This document shows positions 1 through 11,361 of a stretch of DNA of 35,632 nt, piece by piece; within the stretch, counting starts at the first letter, position 1; every line of letters starts with the position of its first letter. Source of the stretch: Licmophora abbreviata (taxonomy: Eukaryota); assembly GCA_900291995.1 (NCBI GenBank), contig OLMU01004772.1, positions 1-35,632 on the forward strand, read 5' to 3'. The notes under the pieces are model-generated. The model saw nothing but the letters and a program-made list of their open reading frames with translations. It was not told the origin of the DNA and searched no databases. Made by a program: the position numbers and the translations under genes.

Positions 1-3000
1 CCCTTGTCACTCAAACCACCATCTTTTCGAGCCAAGGATCGAGGTGCCACAATAATGTTGGGGTACAGCCCGGCGCAAAGCACGGCCTTTACGAGAGCGG
101 TATTGGTGGAGTTCACATTCGCGTTGACGTCGATCGGCATGCCGACATCTTGACCATTCCTTCCTCGACTGCCTTTGGGTAGGCGAAACCCACGAGGAAG
201 AAACCCAATATCCACTAGCAGATCTGCAAACTGTCGACGGAGGTCCTCCATTTGAAAAAGCGTCAACCGGCTGAGGAAGTTCTCCCTCAAGAATGTTTGT
301 GATGCCCGCTCTCCCTTTGTCTTGCGCATTCGTTTCCATTCGTCAAATGCTTTGAGGGTCGTCAAGTGATCGCTCCCATCTGTAGCAAACTCCTTGCGCG
401 CCGCGTCAGCCGCATCGCGTTTGTCAAATGGGCTCACAAACGGCGACCTAGCCGACATGGATGCTGCAATAGTTAGAGCTGGATCGACGCACTCAAAAAG
501 TGCGCCATATATCATCATTTTACCGACACGTGGGTCGACGGGTAACGTTGCCAGATGGAATCCAAGGGCCGTAAGTCCGCTTTCGGCACGCAGTGCATTG
601 CAGGAGGGCGAGTTGTCACTTTCTCTGCCGGGAAAAGACGATGGACCCGACCCAATACGTCGCATCTGATCATCTCCGCCCCATTGAATATCAACAGCTC
701 CTAAACCCTCCAGCAATTTCAGTGAGTTTCGCATGGCAAGAGCAGATGGCGGGTTGACCGCCTTAGCCAGGAAGGAAGTCGGTTCGCCAAGGTCTAGCAA
801 TAAGATCTGAAGAACAAGATCTTCGAGTCCAACACGAAGTATCTCTGGCAGCTGATACTCTTCCATCTCGTGCTCGAGAGTGTGACTGGCAAGCGGAATA
901 GAACATAAGAGGCGAAGGGCGTCTCGCACACGCAATCCTGTAGGCATGACAAGATGACATCACTCACCTTGAATACATGTGGTATGAAATCCCAGGACGG
1001 ACGCGCCCGGCACGTCCTCGTCTCTGCTTGGCGGAAGCTCTACTCACCCATGTCTCCACCAAGGTAGGCATTTCGTTAACTTCATCCTTTCTGTTCTCCT
1101 TGACACGCCCGGCGTCCACCACAAATACGACATCTAGTCGGAGACAAGTCGGAGACAATGTGAGCCGAGCAAAAAACATGCGTGCGCATGCCATGTCTCC
1201 TTAACACACAACCATGCCGCAAAAGTCCGTACCTTCGATGGTGATCGACGTCTCTGCAATATTTGTGGCCACCACAATTTTGCGAACCCCCGCAGGAGGC
1301 ACCTCAAAAACCGCTTTTTGCTCGGCAGTCGATAATGAGGAGTGCAAAGGATAGACAACCACCTTGGACGACTGAAAGATCTCTTTCTTATACAGTTCTT
1401 CGACTGCCTTGGTGATCTCCATCATGCCTGGCATGAAGACAAGAATTGCTCCCTCCTCATTATTCAGCGAGATATGCTCCAGTAGCAACGCGAGAAGTTC
1501 ATAATTTATGACCGTTTCATCGACGATGGCGAGAGAATTGATGGCGGAGGAGCTGTACTTTGGATAGTACATCTTACGAAGGGCCGACTTGGAGAACCGA
1601 ACCGGCCGAGAGCTCTTCTTTTTCAAGGCGTAGTCAGAATCCTCCTGAACTTCATATCCTGTTAGCTGAAAGATGTCTTCGAGACGATTCTCGGTCACCG
1701 GGTGTGCACGCCCCGGAATCGACACTGTTGGGCACCCTCCAAAGTACGCAGAAAACGTTTCCGCGTTCAACGTGGCGGACATGAGAATCAGTTTGAGCGA
1801 TTTCCTTCGTGCTAGTAGATCCTTGAGGATAATCAGAAGAAAATCTGTGTTCAAGTCTCGTTCGTGGACTTCGTCCACAAAAATATGAGATACGGAGGCC
1901 AAATCTGGGTCACACTGGAGTCGTCTGAGCATAATTCCAGTGGTACAGAGCAGCAACCTCGTCTTGGATGAACGTCGGTTCTCTAGACGGATGGAGTAGC
2001 CGGCCGTCTCTCCAACACGCTCGCACCGCTCTGCTGCGATTCGTTCCGATACACCAATAGCCGAAATGCGTCGAGGCTGGGTGACAATCATATTCGCTTC
2101 GGCCCCATTGCCCTGTATGATCATATCATCGAGAACGAGCTGCGGAACTTGCGTGGTCTTACCGCAACCAGTCTCGCCGGAAATGACTGCGTAACGCAGC
2201 ACATAGAGCATGAGATGAAGGTGGATCCAAATAATCCCAGCTAGAGGCAACTCGAGACGCTCACCTGTGATTTGGTTTGTTGCAATGGTTCGAACTATTT
2301 CATCTCGCATTTCGTATGCTGGAAGTCTGTACGAGTCCGATGAATAAATGTGTAAGAGGGTGGTGCTCTTAAAGAATTGGGGAGCCACGAGCGCCGACTC
2401 ACCTCTGTCGCTGACTTCTCATGGAGTGGAAACGCTGAGCGATGGATCCTCCATTACCACCCGCCTGGCTCGGATTGGCTTTGCCCCACTCTTCGGCAGA
2501 TCTGACTTTCCGCTGTAGATCAATCTGAAGCGTGTGGCTTACTTTCTTCCTACGATGATTTTCTTCGCGAGACAACGGCCCGCAGTCAGAAGAATTCATT
2601 GGAACTCGTGCTTCGGGGGCTACTAGCCATGGTTGCTCAGCTTGATAGCGAACAACGTCGGTCATGACCTCCGCTAAGTCTCCTGTGGGAACAGGCACAG
2701 GTCTGGGGACATGAGTTGGAGGATGAGTATTTCCGTTTCGCTCATCTTCCAGTTTCTCCGGCGCCGCTCGGGGCTCGACGAAATGATATTGCGTCACCTC
2801 GGCATTCCCATGCTTTCCTGCATTTCGTGTGGCCACTTCATTCTCTACAGTTTCGCCTTTGGTTTTCGCTTCTGCGGCATCATAGTAGTACTTGCGAAGC
2901 CTATCCATGAATGCTTGAGTCGTCGGTGTTGCTTTGTGAATCGCTTCGCTCTTCCTGTCTTCATTGAGCGATCTATCTTCATGACAATCGTCAGACAAAA

Positions 3001-5041
3001 CCTTTGTCACGTCATCAATGTTGAGTTTGTCAAAATCCTCATCTTCGACACCTTCATCCTCGGACGAAGAGACATTCTCTCCATGCTCTCGCAAGCGTTG
3101 TCGTTTCGCCTGACGTGCCGCTGCCCGAGCCGCCTCCACATTCTCGCCGCGGTTAAAGGCATCACTCATTGCCCCCCTTGCCGCGCGCTCCACGTCCTCC
3201 TCAATTACCTGTCTCGCTCGCTCCTCCACAGCTCGCTCTGCAAAAGTCTGGCGAATGAATTTCTCCTGATCCTTGATTGACTCCAAACGCTCCTCCTGCC
3301 GCCTTCGTCGTTCGTCGTCGGCTTGCTGAACTTGAGAAGCGCGATCGTAGGATTTTTCTGCAGCGCGAAGCCTTGCTTTCTGTCGCCTACCAATTTTCCC
3401 TTCGTTCTCATACTGTGCCTCGATTACAGCTTCAATGTCATGACCCGCTTCCCGTCGCAATTTCAGCTGTTCAGCCTCCATTTCTTTCGCACGCTGCTCC
3501 CTGACAAAATCGACCTGCATACCAGGAACAGCGTTTGATAGAAAGTCGACTAGCATAAAGGTGGTCGGCTCACCAACCTGCTCATGCGCCTTGAGAACCA
3601 ATTCTTCGTTAATTCGTCGAAGGAGGGACGGGGGCAACGTCGGATTCGAGAAGAGAAGCATAGGGGACGACAGAACTGGGTAGGTAGACCGAAGGAAAAG
3701 GTGGAGCTTGCACTCATCCGAGTGAGCTGGAGGCCGCAGGTCATCATTGGGAGTCACCTTTACAATGTATCGTCCCGTCCCACTATCACAGTCACCTCTC
3801 ACTTCGAACTGTGAATCGTAAATTGCCTCTAAGGCCTGCACCTCTTGTTGCCGTTCCGACTTGGCAAACTCGAGATCAGCAGCGTTGGCCTCCTCCTCCG
3901 AGCACTGCTTATTCCCGAGCACGTCCTTCTCCAGCAGCGACAGCATGACTCTTAGTCCCTCGTCGTCTTCTTCCGCGCTCAACTTCTCGCTCACGTGCAT
4001 GGTTGCATCGCATGCCTTTTCTGCTTCCATGTTGTGAAACCCCAAACGCAAGAAACCAACTTTGCGTGACTGCCGTTTCAGAGTATCTCGCCACTCCTGA
4101 TCCGTTGTAATCGGACGAGCAAGTGATATTGACGAGTGAGGAATCGGCTTAGTTCGACCAGTTCCTACCAGGAGCATCCCTTTGGCGGCGAGCGTCGAGG
4201 ACGACCGCTTCATACTCGACAGATTTGATCGAAAGCCTGCCTTGAGGGCATCGTCCGTCAAATGTAGACAGAGCCAGTCCATCGCAAGCGATAGTTGATC
4301 ACTGTCTAACAAGCCACCATTTTCTGTCTTTTCGGGTATATCCCAGTTTTCGATCCCCATGCATGCGCGCTGGGCGTCATTCGGGGAGAAAGAAAGCTGC
4401 TCGGTCAAATGCAAAAAGATGGGTGTGTTTCGAGCCTCCTCCTCAACCTTCTCATCACTGAGCGCATCCATGGTTTCGTGGACAGAAGTATCGGCATACA
4501 TCTCTCCACCCTTCAATCGCAAGCGCTCGAAGTACTCTTCCTCATCCGCAGATACGTCGTCGTCGTACTCAGAATAACCTCCAGCTTGCTGTTGGGAATG
4601 TCGAAGCATGTCGGACTTCTCCAAATGATCGTCCATAACCTCAACTAGATTGCGGGTTTCTTCGTTTTGCTCCTGTTGATTATCTTCCATGACATTTAAG
4701 TCCCGCAAGAGTCTTCCCAACAGCTGAATGGATTCGTCGGACAAGGTCACTTCGTCTAGTTTCGAAATGTCGACTCCATCCAAAGGGTGCTTCTTCTTGG
4801 TCCCAGTATTTACAGGATTACCCACACGTCGAGCTTTGTCTTTTACACGCTTCGAAATCTCGTCAATGACACGCGTTGCAGAAGGATTATTTGTCGATGA
4901 CCCTCGTCCACCATCACCACGGCCAGCACGTTTCTTGGTATTAGTTTTCCGAGGAGGAGGCCTGGAGAACCGGGCTCGCGATGGCGTATTCCGCGAAGCT
5001 TGTGCCGCCTGTTGAACTCTTCGATTGTTACAACGGCCCAT
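1..5041 (-). CDS. DEAH-box RNA helicase, DHX57/DHX29/DHX36 group, with N-terminal UBA-like and RWD domains; 3' end runs off the window
   Basis: Exons 5041-2403, 2326-2265, 2186-1233, 1133-968 and 885-<1 join in frame through GT-AG introns. Motifs: GETGCGKTTQ (I), VTQPRRISA (Ia), DEVH (II), MSAT (III), TNIAETSITI (V), QRRGRAGR (VI), then YQLPEILRVGLEDL and HA2-like VDPRVGKMMIYG. RWD-like ERQQEVQALEAIY...YPVLSSP; UBA-like AMDWLCLHL. Confidence 0.93.
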
Positions 5042-5439
5042 GTTTCTTATTTTTTTCTGGGCGACGATGGATAGGTGATGGTGCGCCGATTGTGGGACAC
5101 ACAATGCTTGCGGCTGATGTGACGGTGTGTGGGAGGGTGTGGGAAAAAAAATGGAGGGAAGAGAAAACAAAAACAAAGACTTTGGCGAAGTACGGACGGC
5201 ATACAGAAGCTATAAGCGAGCCTACCTTGAACTTCAAGCTGATCCGGTACTCAGTCACTTAAACACACTCGTACATTTCAAAATGACTATGATCTAAACT
5301 GTACCCAAGATTCATGAGATTCGATTCGATTCACCGCGTCGCGACGAGACACGCGCAGCATGCGTTCGTCTCAACGATGACGCGAACGCGATAGTGACAA
5401 AGCAGAGGATCTTTGCGCCGGTGAGAACTTACGTCGACC

Positions 5440-6732
5440 ATGGCGCTCTCTCACCGTCTCTTGCTCCTATTGGGACTTCTAGCTCACGTGGATCGCACTT
5501 CGGGAACGTTGTATCGATTCTTTTGTCACCTTGAAGACGAAAAAGTCGTCAACGCCTACAAGGACGGCGAGAGTTTCTACGTTCCCGTGGCGGCAGAAGA
5601 CCCGAAAAATGAAACGAATGTTCGCCGACATGCAACGGAGGAGTGGACTTCTTGGAACGCGCTGCGAGGAAATAGCAATGAAATCGAATACAAGTCGAGC
5701 AGCAGCGCCATCATGGCGATGGAGCGGTTTGTCCAAGATACTACTGCAGACGCATCCGAGGCCGTGCCCGTCAGGCGTTGTCACTGTGCTTTTGGGAAGC
5801 AATATGAGGGCAGCGAGTACTATTGTGTCCTTCCGTACACTCATTGTGCGATTCCCTCATGTGAGTTCGAGCGCGGCTAGACTGCTCGCCTTTGAAGTAT
5901 ATGACGCTTGATATTTCGTGTCGTATCGTGCCATGCTCACCATTGCGCTGTGTTGGTCCTCGTGTTTTACATAGCAAACTGGAACGCCGATCTGACTCCA
6001 GGATGTCTGAATGCAACTAGATCCAACAAGACTGCCAAGTCGATGTGGTATCCCATCTTGGTCATGTATGCCATGCTGCTGTGCTGCATGTTCTGCACGG
6101 TTTCTGGGCGAAACGCTCCTCATTTCGTCGCCAGCAAGTTTATTCCAGGATGGAATCGACGGCTGGCAGACAGAGTTCTTGAAGGTGACCGCAAACGTAC
6201 GAGTATTCTGATTCGAAGATACTGTCAGCGTCGTCGGAGAGAAATGGAACGACTGACACGACGGGAAGCACGGGAGAATACTACTGGTGCTGGAAGTAGC
6301 GACCCTGATGCGAGGGGCGAAGCCAATGGGTTTCAAGATTTGGAAGAAATTGCCGAGCCACAAGTCCCTCCGACTTCGTTGGCCCTCAAGACTCGGATTT
6401 ACGATGCCTCGAAAGAAACGAAAGTCGCGGAGCATGTTTCGGACCATGAGTCGGATCTGGGTGATGAGGCGACCTGTAGCATCTGCTTCGGGCCGCTTGT
6501 GGATGGTTGTCGTGTGGGAGCACTTCCCTGTGAACACGTGTTCCATGTGGAGTGCCTCAAGACATGGTTAAAGAGGCGCAACGTGTGTCCGCTTTGTCAG
6601 GCTGCTAACGTCGCCACTCCCAGATACGAGGATAAACCGGTTGTTGAAGACTCGTCAAACAGCGGCACGGAGGAAGAGGGAGGATCCGAGAGAAGAGATG
6701 CAACGTCTCTACTCAGTGAAAGTGCTGCCTAG
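5440..6732 (+). CDS. Signal peptide + Cys-rich luminal domain + TM + RING-H2 E3 ubiquitin ligase
   Basis: Exons 5440-5860 and 5975-6732 (intron GTGAGT...CATAG) join in frame. Signal MALSHRLLLLLGLLAHV; TM segment WYPILVMYAMLLCCMFC; RING-H2 CSIC...PCEHVFHVECLKTW...CPLC. Confidence 0.88.
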
Positions 6733-7302
6733 AGCGCTCGCTCCCAACATGCCGAAGAACCTGAGGGGAACGGAGATGCTCCTGCATCCACCGAGACATC
6801 ATGGCTAGGTGGTGGAGCTCGAGAGGAGACAAATGTCACCGGTCGACTTGAACCGCATGAACACGGCGAGTGACGCGTCGGTATCCTATACCCACGCAGC
6901 AAACTGGGACTGTACAGACCATGAAGTTATTATTAATTACCATTTTTTTCTACCGTGCTTGCATACGTAACTCTGCCTGTGGTGATACGAGCAGCAGGGG
7001 AGTTCATCGACAACCATCCGCGGTGGCGACAAAAATCCACCAAAAACTAATGGCGCGCCACATTCGTTATTGAAACCCTCATGAATGAATTGTTACATTT
7101 CTTCCAATCACGAGTGAATCACGAACTCATAAACAAAAGGTCATCCGAAATTTGAGAATCGTGACCGCGATGTGGATTGGATGAGAGCCGATGGGCTTTC
7201 ATTCATTTGCCGTACGCTTTATCGTCTTTCTTGCTCTGTATCTCTCCATCTGCAGTTCCATCGTAAGCATCATCAGCAGCATCAGGGGTCCCTTTGTACA
7301 CC

Positions 7303-8550
7303 ATGCAGATACGCCGAAAAAATCAGTCAGGAACTGGTGTATGCCGCTGCTTTCGCTCGAACCTCTGCGCCAACTTGCTATGTCTGAGCGTACCTGTAGT
7401 AATCATCATTGCCTTTATGGTGGTGATGCAACAGTTCACGGACAGCTACATGCTCAAGCTGAAAAAGTCAACTGACCGCAGCAGCACTGCTAGTGGTGGA
7501 GCATCTGAACTCCATCGAAAGACTCTCTTGAGAAAAACAGCATCGAACGCAGTCCCTTCCATTATTCGTCAGGGATCACTAAATTGCCAGGACGTCAAGG
7601 CCAAGGTTCAGTCGGGAGACTGGGTCGACCCCAACAAGGGCCAGGTCTTTTCTCGAGAGACCATCACTCACCCACAGTTTCATATTTCATTGCACAATCA
7701 AAAGTATGATGAAGTTCGTTGGAAGATCATGGAGGAGGGCAAATACTATGAAGACGAAGTGCACGAGCGGTTCGTGGACATTCTTGAGAAGCACCCGAAA
7801 TCGTACGTACTCGATGTCGGAGCCAACATTGGGTACTATACTCTGCTGAGTGCGGCGCTGGGACACAATGTGGTCTCGTTTGAGCCGAATCCTGGGAACA
7901 TTATGCGACTTTGTGACTCGCTGCGATTGAACCACTGGAATCACAACGATGTTAGCATCTTCCAGAACGCCGTGGCAGATGTGCACGGTGAAGAAATGAT
8001 GCTGTTTGCTCCAAGAAATCCAGGGCAGGGTTTCTTGAAACCTCTCGAGGACGGTGGTGATGTAAGGACCGACGAACATCAAGCGAAAACAACACTCATT
8101 AGTCTCGACAAGTTTGCTGAAGAGCAGGGGTGGTTCGGCCGAAGTGACTTTGAGATTACCTTGCTCAAAATAGACGTTGAAGTAAGTCGATGGTGCAAAT
8201 ATCTGACGCATGCACTGCTTGGTTTCGATAGATTTTCCAGACTAACGATCAATCATCCTCTGCCTTCTCTCCAACAGGGCAAAGAGCCGCAAGTCATCAT
8301 GGGAGCACCTCGTCTACTAGCTTCGGGGCTGGTCAAGAACGTGCTCACAGAAGGCCGTCGCTTTGGCCGGAAAAATCTCTTTGAATCCTTGGTTGTTCTA
8401 TTTGAGACAGGTTTCACTCTGAAAGATCCGGCTATTCCTCCAAAAGGGACGACTGCAAAGGAACATGCCGAGGGAGTCGTCGAATACTACAAAAAGAAGC
8501 TCGGACCAGACAGCATGAGAACTCAGGATCTATGGTGGGCGAAAGAGTAG
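7303..8550 (+). CDS. FkbM-family SAM-dependent methyltransferase with N-terminal type II membrane anchor
   Basis: Motifs VLDVGANIGYY, VSFEPNP and LLKIDVE|G. Removing intron 8182-8277 (GTAAGT...CAACAG) restores KIDVEG. N-terminal hydrophobic segment LLCLSVPVVIIIAFMVVM. Confidence 0.88.
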   Translation: MQIRRKNQSGTGVCRCFRSNLCANLLCLSVPVVIIIAFMVVMQQFTDSYMLKLKKSTDRSSTASGGASELHRKTLLRKTASNAVPSIIRQGSLNCQDVKAKVQSGDWVDPNKGQVFSRETITHPQFHISLHNQKYDEVRWKIMEEGKYYEDEVHERFVDILEKHPKSYVLDVGANIGYYTLLSAALGHNVVSFEPNPGNIMRLCDSLRLNHWNHNDVSIFQNAVADVHGEEMMLFAPRNPGQGFLKPLEDGGDVRTDEHQAKTTLISLDKFAEEQGWFGRSDFEITLLKIDVEVSRWCKYLTHALLGFDRFSRLTINHPLPSLQQGKEPQVIMGAPRLLASGLVKNVLTEGRRFGRKNLFESLVVLFETGFTLKDPAIPPKGTTAKEHAEGVVEYYKKKLGPDSMRTQDLWWAKE

Positions 8551-8819
8551 CGTGTTAGAATCTTTATATGAGTTAAGAAGTCGTACTCAACTTGCTTTCT
8601 AGAGGAGAATACATGCATTCTCAACGATGGGCCTGGTAGACATACGCACCCCGATCTGTGACTAAATCTGCAGATTCGAGTTCCCGCGCGCCCGCGTAAT
8701 GTGTACGGAGTAGTACTTGTGTGCTTGTACGAGGCGGCGGCGCGTACAAATTCAAAGCAGACAAAATGAATGGAATCACGGCGCCCTGTTGAAGCAAATC
8801 CGTGGAAGAAAGGTATACC

Positions 8820-9230
8820 ATGGCGCCCTCAAAGCTTACCCTCGCCGTTGTCTTCTGGCTGACGATAGTCTCTGTGGCGTATAGCTTCACAGTGACACCC
8901 AAAAATTCGGTCGCACGAGTACAGTTGACATCGTCATGCTCGTTTCCTCTGTCGATGTCCGGCGAGGACGCTGACACGACGACGACTGCTGCTGCTGCTG
9001 AGGACGCAGAGAAACCAGCCGTCAAATGCCCCGATTGTGACTTGTGTGATGGGAGTGGACGTATTCTAGGAGGTATTGCAGTGGTTCTTCCATGGTGGCC
9101 CATCAAGGCATACCGACCTTGTCCCAATTTCATCAAGGCTGGTGGACAGTACGTACGAAGTGGGCAGCCTCTGGATGAGATTGCTTTCGGGCGAGACTCC
9201 AGCTTCAATCCGAGTTCCAATAGAGATTAA
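8820..9230 (+). CDS. Small, probably plastid-targeted protein with CxxC motifs (DnaJ-zinc-finger-like)
   Basis: Signal peptide MAPSKLTLAVVFWLTIVSVAYS followed by F (ASAFAP-like junction) and a Ser/Thr-rich transit-like stretch. C-terminal region CPDCDLCDGSGRILGG...YRPCP. Confidence 0.75.
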   Translation: MAPSKLTLAVVFWLTIVSVAYSFTVTPKNSVARVQLTSSCSFPLSMSGEDADTTTTAAAAEDAEKPAVKCPDCDLCDGSGRILGGIAVVLPWWPIKAYRPCPNFIKAGGQYVRSGQPLDEIAFGRDSSFNPSSNRD

Positions 9231-9337
9231 ACCTAGAAGCTCATCATAAAGGCTACACGAACACCCGACGATGCACCATTCGATCCTTTTCGTAACTATA
9301 CATTCACTAGTGTTAATTGTGCATGCGCTGGCATCGT

Positions 9338-10910
9338 TCAGGCTCCACGAACCATTACCAAGGCATCCGTGATTTCCTGCTGCGTCAGCAAATTTTGTTT
9401 GGCAGACGCCTTGCCTTTCTTGACAAACGTTTCTTCAACCTTCTTTCGCTTGCTATTCTTGGGAGGAACAGTCGCTTCTTTTCCGGCCTTCAACTCCAAA
9501 TACTTTTGCTCGATAATGTCAAATTCTGTCTCGCCCTTGGCCAGCCTTGTCACAATCTCGTCCGGGGGAATACCCAGTATGCCAGCATCCAAGTAGAGAC
9601 TGACACGTCGATCCATGTCGTCAAGCTCGAGGGGCGCTGCGCCAACTGTCGTGCATTGAGCCACAACCTCGGCAAAGTCCAAACGATGCATTCGAGCATT
9701 GGGCTTCTCGGTGTGATAAAGGTCTCCAGGCGGGACGTCTGATGGGTAGGGGTAGCCACCAGGCGGCAAGCCTCGCATGCCAAGACCAAGACCGTGACCA
9801 GGCATTGAAGGCATTGGGCCTCCTTCGGGACCAAACCGACTATAAGGACTGCCCATGCCCGTTTCCATGAGCATTTGACCCTAGAGAGATAAAGAAAATA
9901 GTACAAAACATGGTTGGCGAGACAACGCAAGAGCGGAACTTCCAATCAGTTCGCTGATTGAATCAACTTACATGCATGGCCGGACCTAGCCCCGGAGATC
10001 CAAACGGCATGCGCTGTTCAGGATTCGGTGTCGGCCCTCCAGCGCCTCTGGACCACGTTCGATTAGGATAGGTGAACGATCCTTTCTGGAAGAGCGCTCT
10101 CGGCGGAGGTGGCGGAACGGTGGGAGGAGCGTGCAGAATTGACTTTACGGACGATCGACCGCGCTTGCCATTAGACGATTTTGCCGTCGGGATGAAGAAA
10201 GGATTGACACTAACGGCATGAACCATAGCATCATGGACACTACTGTCGTTGCTGTTCATCTGATTGCGAATGTCTGGCGCACCCTCACGCAAGGCTTGAC
10301 TCGTCTTTTCCCGCGCTTTCACGTCGCCAATGTCGTAGTAGAATCCCGTGCCTTCGTCCTTTTGCAAGAAGCGTCCCGGAGGGTCCTGCGCTCGTACCGC
10401 TCGCACTACCCCGCGACTGACAAAGGGTTTGTCTCGTTTGGAAGAGTGCAAGTACAATACTTTCTGCGAGTTGACCAAGACGCGGAACTTTTCGTTCCCC
10501 AGATGATTGTTGGTCCCTCCACCGCGTCCGCAAAGGACGTCATTGTCGTTTGGTTCGAGGATTTCTGTCAACTGCATATCTTCCATGGATGGCATATGCA
10601 TCCCCGGAGGAGGAATACGAAGAGGAGAGTACACACGGGGGTCCTCTTCTTCCTCCGCCTCGTCCTGCCCCTCCGCCATACCTGCTGCCTTGGCCACGGC
10701 ATGCGACGCCCCGGCAGTTTTTAAAGGTTGTCCCGCAGGGAGAATCGACTGGTGTCCTGAAAGGAGGGTGGGATCTAGCTGTGAGATGGTGTTTGTCGGT
10801 GTGCCAGCATAGCCGCCGCCATTGGGAACTGATGCCGTAGCTCCTGGATAGGCAGCAGCGGCAGGAATGCCTGTCAGAGACGACGCATTGCTTTCCGTGT
10901 CCTCGCTCAT
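9338..10910 (-). CDS. DUF6824-type protein (family expanded in diatoms) with Pro/Gly/Met-rich flanks
   Basis: Exons 10910-9972 and 9880-9338 (intron GTAAGT...TAG) join in frame. Signature PNDNDVLCGRGGGTNNHLGNEKFR...GRFL...AREKTSQALRE. Basic NLS-like KNSKRKK near the C-terminus. Confidence 0.85.
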
Positions 10911-11361
10911 TCTGATCTCAAGAAAAAAGAAATGACGGACTCTAACTGAAACACAAGTGATGGAATTGGTCTACCGTCGATGGAAAGAAGGAGCCGCTGC
11001 TGGAACGGTCTTGTGGTATACGCATGGACTGACTTGACTCGCGTTTTTGGCGGCTGTGGGTCTTGAAAGATGAATGGATTCGAAATTCTGTCTTGTTGCG
11101 GTTCGTGTGGAAACAACTTCCTGACCTTGGGACGTGAGGACATGTATACTCCTGTTGGCTTGTTTCATGTTTAGGAGCAATGATCATGTGAACCTATGCA
11201 AATGAATACCTGTATCAATGCAACTCCGATACCGGCGATAGATCCGGGTTATCAGAAAGCTACGCGCGCAAAATTTCAAATTTCACAAGATGGCAAACTT
11301 CTCGCACACAAAACTTCAAAACTCGAAACAGAGCACAAAAGACACACAAAACGACAACAGC

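Noticed and set aside
8621..9220. 199-aa minus-strand ORF
   Set aside because: Antisense to the small gene that has a convincing targeting peptide and Cys motifs; it has no features of its own.
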